This document shows positions 37,691 through 51,204 of a DNA stretch of 64,000 bases, piece by piece. The number at the start of each line of letters is the position of its first letter. Positions within the stretch are counted from its first letter, which is position 1. The notes below the pieces were generated by a model, which saw only the letters and a program-made list of their open reading frames with translations, did not search any database and had not been told where the DNA came from. Origin of the DNA: Camelus dromedarius (taxonomy: Eukaryota); assembly GCF_036321535.1 (NCBI RefSeq), contig NC_087437.1, forward strand, positions 57,910,001 to 57,974,000, given 5' to 3'. Made by a program: the position numbers and the translations under genes.

Positions 37691-38274
37691 GAAGACATCA
37701 CCTCAAATTTGATCACGAGGGATTATCCTTACACCTCTCTTGCTCTAGAAACATTTCTGATGGAACGAGTAGCAGAGGAGGTGCTGTTCCCCAGTACCCT
37801 CACCTCTTTACTGAGACATGAGTCAATGGTCAGCAGAGCTCAAAAGAGGTTGCTCAGAGCAAAGGCAAGGCTGTCTCTGCCATCTGTCTAGCCACTCCTG
37901 ATGGTTATTAGATGAAAATCATCTGCTGACCTTCATTTTCAAAATCTTGTTCATAAATCTTTCACCAGCCAGGCTGAGACCTCGATTCAAGGCAGTATTC
38001 TCGACTTCAGCCATTGATTATGGCTGTCCAGTTTGGCAAGGAGCTGTCTACCTGAAACAGTTTTAAGATTTCGATCCAAAAGCAGTATCTCTGTGGGGCT
38101 ACCGTATTTTACAGCTCTATGCTGAGTTACAACTAAACGCTCAGACTGGAAGTATTATGCTTGGAATTCAGTTACACCTTTAAGCAAACCTAAATCCATC
38201 AAACTCTGCAAATGCCATGGCTATGATTTTGTACTGGAGGTTTTAATGAGGCAGTTTTGAGATATTTAGCCATA

Positions 38275-38500
38275 GCTACATTTTGTTGAGTAGTGCCAAG
38301 CAGTGTGGTAAACACTATATGCCAAGCAGTGTGGTAAACACTTGCATACATCATTTCATTTAATTCTCAAAACAATTCTATGAATAAATACTATTATTAT
38401 CTCCATCATACAAATGAGTAAAGCTGGAGTTAGGAAGATTAGGAACCTTGCACAATATCTTCCCCCAGGAAACAGACAAAATTCAAAACCAGAATTGGGT
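38275..38500 (-). mobile_element. MIR with an internal 23-bp direct duplication
   Basis: tttcatttaattctcaaaacaattctatga...tactattattatctccat. tgccaagcagtgtggtaaacact occurs at 38294 and 38320. Confidence 0.8.
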
Positions 38501-40037
38501 TCAGAAACTGTTCCTTCTAATGTCTCTATCTTCTCTAAAGAAAGACAGCCAAAATATCAAATTACACTATTGAAAGAGTGACGGTAAGGTCGAAGACAAA
38601 CATATTTCTTACATTATTCTTCATATACTTAAGGAGCGTTTGAGGAACTTCATACAGCACAGTTGCAAAATACATGCATATTAGTATAGCATTTGTCCTG
38701 TCATTATAATTCTGAGAGTTGATAATAATTTATAGATCATTGGGAAGCAATTTTTGAGCCTGACACTTTTCAAAAATATTTTTGGAACTTTCCCCTAAAA
38801 TACCACTCTGTAAAATTTCAATGCAAAAATTTCAGGGGATTGAGAGCCAAAAGTGAATAGACATGAAACTCACTGTTCCATTAAGCAAGGGAAGTGTGTC
38901 AGCAGCAGAGACTGGCAAAAGCCATAGAGCAGAATACTGGATCACAACAGCATTTCTTCTGGCCATGGCAGTGTGCTTATAGGTATACCTTGCTTTGTGT
39001 AATGATGTTTTCTTGAAAAGCTAGGGAATAACTGAAGCTTTGCAAATAGAATTGCACTCAAATAAAAGCCCTGGAATCTATTTTTTTAAAAGACAATTGA
39101 TACCAATATTTGTGAAATGTAAGTTATCATCATCTACATCATGTAATTTGTAACAGGCCTCTACAATTTTCTTCTAAGCTTTCATTCCATCAGGATTCAT
39201 CGCTGACTGCATCCTGTCCCCAGACCCTAACTGCTTCGTTAGGGCAGGGACTTTGTCGTGTCACTACTATTTTCAGCACCTAGAACACTGCCCAGCTTAT
39301 CAGATAGTTGCTAGATACACGAATTAATTAACCGACCACTTAATCTTTTCCTAGTTGCCACATGTGTATTAATAACCCTGTATCTTTGCTTATACTATTA
39401 CATCAGCCTGGAGTATTTTTCCAATGTTTCAGTTCCACCTCTCCTGTAAGACCAAGCTCAAATGCCGACTCCTTTCTCTGTATTCCCACAGATTGTATTT
39501 CCGTATCTGGTCTAACAGCAGAGGGTATAAATCTTGTCTTACTCACTGGGTCCTAGTCTGTAACACCTAGCCAGAGCAATCCACACAGAAGATATGATAT
39601 TAAAAGTGAACTTGAAATTTAATCTAAATTTTTACATGCATCGCCTGCTGTCAGCTCTTCCTAGGCTTCTGGGTCTATCTTCAAAAGCTAGTCTGTGAGG
39701 TCGTCATAAGGTCAGAAACTTTGTCTTTCTTCATTTCTAATCCTGGTGATAAGCAATGGGCATGGCACAGATAAATGGGTAATTCCAAACAGGCGTTATC
39801 TGTACACATTACTAATAACATCTTTGTGTTAATTAACTAATGTGTGTACGGGTATGGGTGATACTGGGGTGACTTCTAGATGTGACCTTGCTTACTCTTT
39901 TAAGCTATAGAGTTCCCTCACGGGAATGCTATTCCAGGACCCCTTTTTCTAATATTCCTCAATGCTCAGCAAAATGTACACGTATTTCTAGATACAATAC
40001 CCAAATACAAGAGAATCTTAGACTACGAGACACACCA

Positions 40038-40220
40038 GGGGTTCCCAAAATATGATCCCTTGACTAGCAGCATCGGCATCCCCTGGGAACCTGTTAGACA
40101 ATGTAAACGCTCAGGCCCACCCCAGACCCACTGAGTCAGAAACCACAGAATTGAGAGCCAGAAATCTGTTTCAACAAGCCTACAGGTCATTACGGTCCAT
40201 ACTTTAAGGTTGAAAACCCA
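40038..40220. mobile_element. MER5A-like MITE
   Basis: agcagcatcggcatcccctgggaacctgttaga...ctcaggcccaccccagacccactgagtcagaaac. Confidence 0.85.
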
Positions 40221-40976
40221 TGACCAGGTACAACTGGGCAGAAAGCTGTTCTCATTCTTCTGACCCGAACGATAGCATGATCCCTAGACCCAATCAACAA
40301 TGTCAGTCAACGTTCCTATCACAACAGTCAAGTTCTCTTCTGAAGAAACTCGACTTCATTTTAGGCCAGACAATGGGAGCAAATAAGTAAAACTGATCAA
40401 AAAGATTAGTGAATTTCTTTCATTTTTTTGGTTACTACTCTTTAATTTTTATAGCATGACTTAAACCAGTAGGTCTTAAAAACTATCCTTTTAAACCATA
40501 TACCATAGCTGCATGGCATTCTGGTGTTTCCAACCAGAGGGAAAAAATGAATGAACTAGAACTAGACAGAATGAAAGAAAAACTAATGAAGCAGCAGGGG
40601 TCAGCAATCTAAAAAAAAAAAAAGTGTGAAGGAACAGAATCAATTCTAGGCCAATCACAGCTGGGGTCCAAGTAGGAAGGAGGGGCGACAATAAGGGAAG
40701 GAAGGAACATGGCTGTGGGAGTAAGAAAGGTGGCAGTGGTGGCCAGCATCAGGTAGGGATCCTGTCCTGCATCAGGACAGGTCACATGTCGTGGTGTGAA
40801 GGACACTGAAAGCTGCATCTGGTTTCATGCAAAGGGCTAACGGGACAGTGAGGAGTTTGAGGCAAGAATCCAGCCCCATATAGGAAGAGAGGGAGCAGTG
40901 AGCCTAAGGGTCAGAGAACCATCCCAACAGCAGCAGCTGTTAACACTGACCACTGATTTTATGGTGAGTTCTCACA

Positions 40977-41058
40977 TAAATATTAAATATGTATTTATTA
41001 TGTATTATATATTGTATTATATTTTACACTTATTATATATTATATATTTATATTATTT
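40977..41058. repeat. AT-rich low-complexity tract
   Basis: An almost pure A/T run of tatat/tatt units. Confidence 0.85.
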
Positions 41059-41544
41059 GTCCCATTCATCTTGAAAGAGTTATTGTACAAATGAGGAAGC
41101 AAAGACACACAGACACATCTTGCCCAAGTCAGAGGGACTAACACGTCGCTAGCTCTGTGTCTCATTTCAGGTCTTGTAATCTCTCCTGTACAACTGAGCT
41201 TCGCACATAAGCAGGGCAGCTTTTCAAGGTGAGAGGAGAGAAGGAAGGTGCAACCCCTTATTTACTTAATAAGCTCCCGGGGTTGGAAGCCAACCTAAGG
41301 CACAGGAGAGCACTGGGTGCATTCTCATAGCCCCCTGAGGGCAGGCAGGAACTCCTCATGCTTCCCCAAGTCTGGCTCTCGCTGGGCCCAGGGCTGGGTG
41401 AGCCTGAGCCAATGGGAATCAGCATCCTGACAGCTAATAAGCTGCACACATTTTATGTGCATGTACACAGCTGGACTAGTCTTCAGTAACAACGGAAGGT
41501 TAACTGACTCACCAGACCAGAGCAAAGTATGCCTTAGATATTCA

Positions 41545-41880
41545 ATGGTGGTTAAGCTCACAGACTGAAGCCTGCCTGCTACATACGAGTGGTGTAATCT
41601 AGTCAAATTACTTAAAGTCTCTTTCTCTTTCTGGCTTACTTCACTTAGAATGACATTCTCTAGGAGTATCCATGTTGCTGCAAATGGCATTGACACAACA
41701 TTGTAAAATGATTATAAATCAATAAAAAATGTTTTAAAAATTCGAGAAAAAAAAATTACTTAAAGTCTCTATGCCAGGGTTTTCTACCCCCTAAAATAGG
41801 GATAACAATAGTGCCTGCCTCATTGGATTGTTAGGAGGATTAAATGAGTCACTATGTGTAAAATGCCCAATATGCAGTAA
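41545..41880 (+). mobile_element. MIR interrupted by an L1
   Basis: The MIR core aaattacttaaagtctctatgcc...aaaatagggataacaatagtgcctgcctca...gaggattaaatgag is restored once the insert is removed. Confidence 0.8.
41623..41752 (+). mobile_element. 5'-inverted (twin-primed) L1 insertion with an 18-bp TSD
   Basis: 41623-41690 is the antisense ORF2 end and 41691-41752 is the sense 3' terminus plus A tail. TSD aaattacttaaagtctct at 41605-41622 and 41753-41770. Confidence 0.92.
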
Positions 41881-42869
41881 AAGCTACACAGGCGTGGTAT
41901 CAAAAGACTCAGTTATCTCCTCAATGTCCTTCAACATCTCACATGAATAAAGCGTGAAACCATGAAGCATGAAGATTTTTGCTTGAGTTCAGCTTAGGTA
42001 GTAGATCTGTTTAAAAGTTTATAACTGAGCCCAATACCTAGTAGACTATGCTTTATTGAAAAAAATGTAATAAAATATCAATGAAAGATTTGAGAAAGGA
42101 AAAAACCCTCACCATCCAATAGTCATTACCCAAATATTGCCGTTGTACATATCACCATCTATTCTTTGTCCATGGACAAACAAATTTCATATTATTGTAA
42201 TCAGTCCATATATCCACATTACTGGTTTTTATAACTACTGTCATATCACAAGTATTTCTGATTATAACTCATGTTCACAAACATGTTAGTGGCTGTTAAA
42301 GGAAATATTTCCTTCCATTACTAAATTTTATTCTCTGCACCATCAAGAAATTCAGCTTATTAATGATGAAACTCTTAGACCTTGGGTAACTTTTACCTGG
42401 AAGTAAAAAAGGCTTCTTCTATCTAAAATGATCAGTAGCCAATCAAACATCAGAAGAGAGAAAGTGTTTTTAAGTTGTCTGAAGACAATGAAGGACTGAG
42501 AGCAATTATTTTTGAATAATATATTACTAATGATTGAGAACTAAAAGGAAATCAAATCTTCTTTGTATACTGTCAGTAAAACACTCAGGTTAGGGTTGGG
42601 AGAGAGGATAAAATCATATCACCAAATCAACTTCACATATGACTGATGTACAAATAAACCAATCTTATTTGTAAAGACACATGAGCTGGGTGAGAAAAAT
42701 ATTACAAAAACATGATGCATAATCTGATGAGCAAAAATGCCAAAGAAGTAGCAGAGACCCAGGCCCATCCATAAATCCTTAAACAGAACATCATCTCTGT
42801 AGTCCCTACATGAACACCTCACAAATGCCAGTTCTTACAACCCCAGAGATGAAAAGAATCTTGCCTTTA

Positions 42870-43000
42870 ATCCACCCTTGTTTCACAGATGAAGAAACAA
42901 GGACGGAGAAAGGAAGTGACCAGCTCAGACTCACACAATGAGTTGGGGCAGGAATTAGGATTCAAGTTCAAGTCTCTAGACTCCCAAGCCACGATCTTTT
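42870..43000 (-). mobile_element. MIR fragment
   Basis: ttcacagatgaagaaac...gaagtgac...ggattcaagttcaagtctctagactccca. Confidence 0.65.
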
Positions 43001-46000
43001 TTTCTTCAAGGCCACTGCAACCACCCATCAGTTCAGACATACCTGGGCCTGTGTGTGATCGTCAGGTAATCTACAAACTCTGGCCAAGTAGCCATTCTCC
43101 CCCAGTCTTAGTACTTTCTCACATGGAACCAAATTAATTGCTCAGTCCAATTATGGACCCAACAAATTCAGACACACAACTCACAGCATTAAAAAGCTAG
43201 TTGAAAACTACACTAGGCCCTTAAAAATTAATGTGGTAATTACGACCACCCTGTTTTCTACAGACATCAAGTTTAAAATCAAGTAAAGGAAGACTCTGAA
43301 CAAGCTGAAAAAGCAATTTCTTTGTAATAAGGTAGAAATCAATAGGGAAACAGAGTTTTTTTATTTAAAAAAAAGGTTTAAGACACTAAGCTCCAGAGAG
43401 GAGTAGAAAGAGATTTTCCCCAAAGTTCCTGCATTGAATAGAGGGACTAGGTTTTCCAGTATCTAGTCTAATATTAGTTTTATCTCATCAGAACACGCAC
43501 CATGTTTTCCGTGCCTCAGTGAATCACTCTGTATACCATCTCATAATCCCACCAGAACATAGATTCCCAGTTTAAAAAGCTCAGCCTTAGAGAATCTAAC
43601 ACATAATAGGAACTCAATAAAAACTGCTTATTAAATAAATCATCTCATTTTAAAATTGCTTTGGTTGTCTTCCTCAGTGTTATTAAGCATTTTGCTACAT
43701 TTGCATTATCAGTTTGCTTTTTATGCTGATGTAAAGTCCATGTCATCTCATTTTGAATTATTTGTAGGCTTGCAAATAAAGCAAGATTTACATGACAACC
43801 TATCTCTTGACACACAGCAAATTTTCAAATCCCAGAAGGGAGAAAAAAGTAAAGCAAATTCAATTTCAAATGGTGCTGGAAATGTTAAAAATATTTTGAA
43901 AGGAAAGAAGTGCCTTTGCAGAAACAAAAACTGCTTAAATAATCTAATTTTAAACTTTCCTGATTTTTAATAATTAGAATAATCACATAATAAGTCTCGT
44001 GAAGTTCTCTAAATTGTAGAGCATCTAACCCCAATTTAGTATGTGAATGAGACCAAAGGCAAAAACATCTTGACTTTTTTTTCAACTCAGAAACATCTAG
44101 ATTTTTGGTTTTCAAAAAGTGAAAAAGGAATTTCAAATTTGTCTTGTGATGGGGTTTGGTAAACATGTTTGAATGTTATCAGTATTTGAGGAATCGAAGA
44201 AAAACCCCATTGTTTCACATGGGTAATAACTGTAGGAATTAACGGGAGAGGGAAAGACAGACATGTTACTGGCTGATGGCATTCTGCTCCCTCCTGCCTG
44301 CTAGTTAAGGGAAACTTTGATGTGTTTAGTTATCATCTGAATGGCCTCTGAAGGCTTCTAGATTTTTTTCCTGCAGTTTAATCTCTTTGGGCTGCTTCTC
44401 AGGCTAATGGCCAGTCCACAAATAGGAGAGAAAGAAAAACCTAACCACAGAATAGCAGCTTCCCTTCCTTTTTTTTTATTTTTTATTTTTATTAAAACCA
44501 ATATTTAAAACCCACTTTTAATGATCTGTGCTCTCTGAATCACGGATATCTGAATCTGGTGGTAGGATCTGTTTCAGGTAAAAACCCAGGCACAGTATTT
44601 GCTTAAAAAAGTAAGAAAAAATCTACAGAGAGGCAACAGGTATTCTTTGGTACTTCGGCCAGCGTGCCCTCAGATGCATCGCAGCAGCAAAATACCACGG
44701 CCTCCCTGGATGGGAGTCCCACGTTCCCAAAGACAAGGCGACAGAGACGGTTTCAAACAATAACTGGAGAGGACAGCAAACTAAAATTAGAAGTAAAGAC
44801 ACAGATCCTGGAATAAAATCCACGTTCTGCGTGCGAAGATACTGATGAGGACGAAGACACTGTGGGAAGTAATGTGTCTTCTTAGCCTCAGACACTCGCC
44901 ATCCATCTACATGTCTGTTTCCTAACCCAAGCCTGTAGTACAGGAACTAGTTCCTCCCTTCTACATGTACAGTCTCCTAACACTAAAGAGGGTAATGATA
45001 AAAGTCAAGGTCCAGGCAGCAGGAGTCCTGTATTATTTCTGACAGGGGACACAGGTACATGTTACAGCTTCCTATTAATCGTCCTGTAGCTGATCTGTTG
45101 AGTCCTAATTAAGAGTGCACATCCTAATCAAATGAGCTGCTTCTTAAATATCCGAGTCCCGGGTACCACAGGATACCCAGTGATTCAGATGTGCACCACT
45201 GACTGAAAATCCTGTTAGTGGTCAGATTTTACAGTCTATGTTTTAAACCCAACCAAGGTGTAATACTTGACCCAGTGTATCTCCATCCCCAAACCCACAA
45301 GATGTTATACAACTGCCTTGAAACTAAGTCCCAGCAACACAGAGACATATTCACGTTTCTGAGGAGTTACTACAAAAAATACACAATAAACACAAACAAA
45401 ATCCCTTTTGGTAAATTAAATCCTTTGCAGAAGTCAATGGAGACAATTTGCTGGGTGTCTGTGCAGTATGCTTGCTGCTGAAACTACAAAAATGGCAAGG
45501 ATTAATTTCTCCTCCTGCCCCCAGGATCTCAGTCTAATGAAAAGACAAACACAGCTAATAATAATGAAAGACTATGATTCTACACTCTAAATGCTTTATT
45601 GGTATGAGCTTAATTTCATAATCATGGTATTATATGCTATGGGGCTTGGGGTAGGTATAGTAATTCTTATTCTACAGAGAAATAAAGATGAGCTGCCTGA
45701 GTCACTTAGTCTTTCTGAGCCTCGGTTTTTTTTCTGCAAAATGAAGTTAAAATACTTAATCGCAGGGTTTTAAGGAAAATAACATATATTAAAAGCCCTT
45801 TGGAAAAATACAGAGTATCTCGTGAATGTTATTTATGGCTATTAATATGTGACACATCAGGAAAGCAAGTATTAACAAATCCAATATACCATTATTAGTC
45901 ACTCAGTAGGCACAAAACAACACACGTAATAGGGTCAGAAGCTTAAAGGCATAAAAGGACAGGGGTAAGGGAGTGACAGGAGATAACTAACTGGCGACCT

Positions 46001-47823
46001 CCAGACTCACTACTAAGGCTAACCAGCCTCATAATAACCACCTAACACAGACAATCGGTTACCAGCCAGGTAGCCCGCCAGTCGGAACAGCTTCTAGAGT
46101 AGATGCTGATTAGCAAGGGTTCCGATGTTCTCCCACACAACAGTTTTGTTTAAAGAAACTAAAAGTGTAACAAAAAGCAGGCATTACTGCTGTGGAATGT
46201 TAACTGTCTCTGTAGAGGCCATTAATCACTCTAAGATTATATTCTAGTGCCCTGCTACCCTACCAGAACTGTGAGAGATGAATGGAGGAGAGACGTACAG
46301 CAATGTTAGAAGCCGTCAGCTCCTGAGTCTGCTGATGTATCCCCAGACTGTACGCTCCCGGAGGGCAACCCAGCACACTGTTTATATGTCCATCCCCTGC
46401 TTTTAACCATGAGCCTGGAACAGTGTGGCAACTCAGCAAATACTCTGAATTAAATGAAATGAACTCCCTTTAATATTTAAGAATCTTGAGACTCAGAGAA
46501 GAAAAGTGATTTGTCCAAGGTTATACCATTAGAGCTCAGATGAGAACAGGGATTTCCTATGTTCAATGCCCATTCTGTTACGTTTTTCTGCTGAATTATA
46601 TTTTGCTTATTCTGCAATGGTTTCAGAGTTTTAGTTGTTTGTTTTATAACCACAAAGTAGTTTTCCTTAAAATCACTTCCCAGCTCCGATAAAGTAGTTA
46701 CTACATAGACATTTCCTTTCTCTCCTGCAGGGTGAACCATTCTAGTTTCAGAGAAATGATTATTCTGTAACTTACATACATCAGTTCATGCCCCTGGCCT
46801 CACTCTAATGCTGGTGTGAAACTCAGAACACAGTTGAATCTTCATTGGGAACACATGTGCAGTTCTCGGTGAAGAAAGCAGGTCAGGTTACTGCCTTCTA
46901 TGATCTGGAATCAAACTGATGTTCCTGGTAGCCAAACGTCTTTCACCTCTCCCAGTTTACAGTCTCCTGGATGCATGAGCATGGCACGATAAACTAATTA
47001 AGGCTATCCAATTCAACACATACAATCTGAGTCCCTACTATGTAAATGAAATGTTTTATCTGATGCAGGCACCTGGGTGGCTGTGGGAACATTAGAGGTT
47101 CACGTTATGCCCACAAGAAAGTTAATATATTAGTGGATATATGAGAATGAGATCTTGAAGATCGGAGATTGAACCTTAGTTTCTTTTATTCTCAGAACTA
47201 AGGACATTGGGAACATAGCAGATGCTCAGTAAATATTTGTTTAAATAAAGAACACAAAAATTACAATGCTGACTGTAAGAAATGCAGCATGTGAGGGGCA
47301 AATAAGGACTTAGGTCATGAGAAGCATGCCAGTAAATAGTAATTAGATATAAGGGAGGTCAAGGGAGATGCTGCGGAAAAAGGAGCATCTCACATGAATC
47401 TCAAAAGAATTGAACAGAGGCACGTGACAATGGGACGAGGGTAACGCTATGTTCACTATAAGCTACACCTTGATTTCAGCAGTCTAGTATCACACTACCA
47501 TGGGTTAATACCAGGACATTTTCAGGAGCTCAGAATGAACCTACAGAGTAAGTGTTTAAAGATAATCAAAGGATTGAAATGAAATGGCTGGAGGAAGAAC
47601 AGAGAGGGTATTTAAAAGTGAGTCCATTTTCTGATATAACCATGAAGCAAACACTCTCTTTTGCAATTTAATTTCCATTCTTTCCAAAAGAAACCAAAAA
47701 CTCACAACATGATCACGTATCCAGGAGTTTCCATACTGATTAGTTACAAGATATCAAATCTTCTATACTGACATGCCCAGAGCAGTGTCATTCGTAGATG
47801 CAATCAGTCCCCTAACGTCTAAA

Positions 47824-48573
47824 GCAGTGCTTCTTAAACTGTACTGTGCATACAAATGACAAGCGGGTTTTGCTGAAATGAAGATTTGGTTCAGTACGTC
47901 TAGAGCAAGGCCTGAGATTCTGCATTTCTAACAAGTTTCCAGATGATGCTAATGCTGCTTGTCTATGGATTACGCCTTGAGTAGCAAGATCTTACCTTAG
48001 ATCAGTGGTTAACACTGGCTATCCATCTCCATCACCTGAGTAGCTTTCTAAAAATACCTACGCCCAGGTCCCACTCCAGAGCCAGTTAAACCAGAATATC
48101 TAATAGAGGTGTGGCCTAAGCTTCTTGACGCTTTAAAAGTTCCACAGGTGTTTCTAACAGGCCGGCCTGAGACTGAGAACCTGGCTAGACAAAGAAAGGA
48201 TGGAGTACAGACAGGAGAGGGGAAAAATAAAGACATTCTGGAGAGAGAGAGGAGAACCTCTTTCCTCCCTGTAAACCAATGCTTCTCAAACTTTACTGTG
48301 GGTACGAATAACCTAGGGATCTTGTTAAAAATCAGATTCTGATTCAGTAAGCCTGGAGTCAAGATCAAGAGCCTGCAATTCTACAAGGCTAGTCTTCAAA
48401 CCGCATTTTTTATTATCAAAAGTCTAAATGAGTGGTTCTCAAACACGGCTGAACATATGCCTCTTTCCTTTCCTAACATTCTGGTGTAACTGGTATAGGG
48501 TTTGACCAGGCATGAGGGTTTTTTAAAAGCATGCCAGATGATTTTAACATGCAACAAAGTTTGTGAACCACTG
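47824..48573. mobile_element. Cluster of four MER5-family (hAT-Charlie) MITEs
   Basis: Units at ~47824-47990, ~48003-48185, ~48277-48390 and ~48431-48573, each starting with a cagtg(g/c)ttctcaaa-like terminus and carrying MER5-type internal motifs. Confidence 0.75.
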
Positions 48574-51191
48574 CAAGGTACAAATTCTGTCAAAGCTGTC
48601 CAGACTGTGCACCAACCCAAATCTTTGAGGCAATCTTAATTACCACGGTACAGAAAGATCACTGAAATTACATCACTGAATTGACTGCTAGGTCAATTGA
48701 TTTATTTTTCTCTTTACTCTGATAACAGGAAGTGATGCAAAGCAGTAAGTCAGGAAGCAAAAAAAAAAATTGATCTTATTTGTGAATAACTGAAGCTCAA
48801 CTTGCTGGAGACTTGGAAGAAGTGCTCTAAGGAAGGTTTTCAAATGCTGGAGGAAACACAAAGGTTGTCAAATGCTGGCAACAAGATTTAAGATTAAATG
48901 GGCCATTAGATATTTTTCTGGGATGGAGAACTCTTGAACTCTCAACTGAATCATGTAATAATACTTTTTGAGTATTAAAAGGTTTCCAGTAAAAAAAAAA
49001 AAAAAGTACATGTGCTTACATTTGAGAATGCCTTCCTAGAATTAAATTTGAATCTGTTGGGGGAAGAAGTTTGTACATGGCAGCATGAAGTATTTCAGAT
49101 GTACCAATTCAAATGGGATATGGATACATTCCTTTTAATACACAATTTTTTCTCCTATAATAAAAATTTCAAGTTAGTTGCCATTTTTAACTGTGCCATT
49201 TACATCAACTTAGCAAGTGAGGCCAATGTGTAAATAATTAGCCATTTTTCATATGATCATTACCTGACTAATTCAGTTATGAAAAGGAAGTCCAAGAACT
49301 AACACGCATAAGGACTTTCATCATGCCTTTGGCCTGGAGAAATTATGGTACCTCTGCATAATGACCACAGCATGAGCTTGGGGCAAAATTCTTCGTTGCT
49401 TTTAGGTCAACGCTGGGATTTACGCCTCTATTGCTGCTATCTGGATTGTTATAGAACTTCTGGCCTGATTCTTCCCAGATATACTTCTGAGATTCTTTCT
49501 CTCTTCTTAACTCCCAAGACTGGCAGAATAGCCTGAATGCTACTGTTATCAGAGACATAACCACCTGGAACTTTGAGTGACATGTAGCATATTTTATGGG
49601 TAAAGAAAGAAATAAAAATTTATTACTAAGAGATACATCCTCTTTTTATAATGGTCTAGAAATTGGTTTATAAACTGGGGCAAAAATATTACCAAGAACT
49701 TTTGCCAAATAATCAAGTTTAATAACCAAATAGCAGGTGTCCTCTATGTAAAAAAAAAAAAAAGCTTAGTAAAACGATACTCTGTTGTCAATCTTATATT
49801 CCAGAAATACTTAATCAGCTAAAATATTACAGACCTCTCTGAATTAAGATTTGGCTTCTCTTTCTAAAATGGATTCTACAATAGAGTTAATAAACAGATG
49901 CCTCATGTATATTTATAGACATGGGCTCTCTCCTGTATGTACATCATTGTTAGTCAAGAAACTGCCCACCAGCAAATAATCAGAATAAACTGTCTAAATT
50001 AAAATTTGCCAGCCTGTCTGAATCCATGTTGAGTCAGTTATTTTCATATTATAAATGCTTACCTAGGTTCAAATACTTAACTCTTCTAATAAGCTACTTC
50101 ATTGAGCATACACCTGCTATCATTTGACACTCCAGTGTTGTTAATCAGCCCAGAAATAGGTAACCCACCACCACTCCCTGATCCTCAGCACATTACCACA
50201 ATGACTGACATTCTTGGTTTAAAAATAAAACCTCATTTCAAATATAGCTTCTCGAGTTCTGGGTAATGAATATAGTTTCATAAAAGTTGACATCATTTCT
50301 TCTGCTTTCAGCAGAATTAAATACATCCAATATTTCTACTGGATGTCTGACCACATCACTCAAGACTCTTGCAAGCTGGTGGGCGTTTTAAGGAGGAGGA
50401 GGAGGAAGAAGAGACCTGCATAGATGGAGTTAAACTCAATCTTACAATTCTAATAGTCATTTTGTTTATGAGGTAAATATAACAGCAGAAGTTGATTTTT
50501 ACAGTTCGTTTACCAGTTAGTATGTGTACATTATACAGATTTGCTTATGAGGAGAAATATTAATACATACACATCCAGAACTAGTATATGCATCATGCTT
50601 GGAGCCAAGCAGTACTCCGATACACTGCTCTTCTTAGAGGTCAGTTCTAACGCACACTGTTTCAAATAGACCCAATTTCTCTGCCGATATATATTCAAAA
50701 TGCAGTAGGATGTGGTCATACACATCCAGAAATACCATCTTCATGGGGTGGGGGTGGAGAAATCCAAACATTTTTTTCTATAGCAATGCATTATTGGATA
50801 TCAGATACAAACGTGCCTGTCAGCAATCCGAAAGCAAATGAAATATATTTATTTGAACCCATCCATTCTACAGAAATTGCTTTATCAACACATCTCTCCT
50901 CCCCCACCATCTAAAGACTCTTTCCACCCCCCTACCTAAAAAGGAAAAAAAAAAAACTCATCACACTTCACTACGCAACTGATGGAGTATTAAGCACTGT
51001 CTTCCAAGCTGTCGGAGTTAAAAAGAAGTCGCCTTCCTGCCACACTTCCCTAGTGCTGCAACGGACATAGCATCTCCTCCTATCGACCTAGTATGATGCT
51101 CGCTCCCCAAGCACTGCAGTCCCCTCGCTGAAGACTGCCCTGACTACACGCACATGCAGCGGGAAGTCCCCCGATGGGGACAGCCACATAC

Positions 51192-51204
51192 CTTTGCTCT
51201 CCAT
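51192..51204 (-). CDS. FGF12: First 13 coding nt of FGF12 isoform B (M-E-S-K plus the first base of E), phase-1 donor
   Basis: The minus strand reads accgaaATGGAGAGCAAAG|gtatgt: strong Kozak context (-3 G, +4 G) and a canonical donor. Confidence 0.92.

Noticed and set aside
41325..41696. 123-aa ORF starting MSMPFAATWILLENVILSEVSQKEKE
   Set aside because: The N-terminus is the L1 ORF2 tail from the inverted insert, reading on into MIR and unique DNA.
50056..50075. tag|gtaagc as another recursive site
   Set aside because: There is no polypyrimidine tract upstream on the minus strand.
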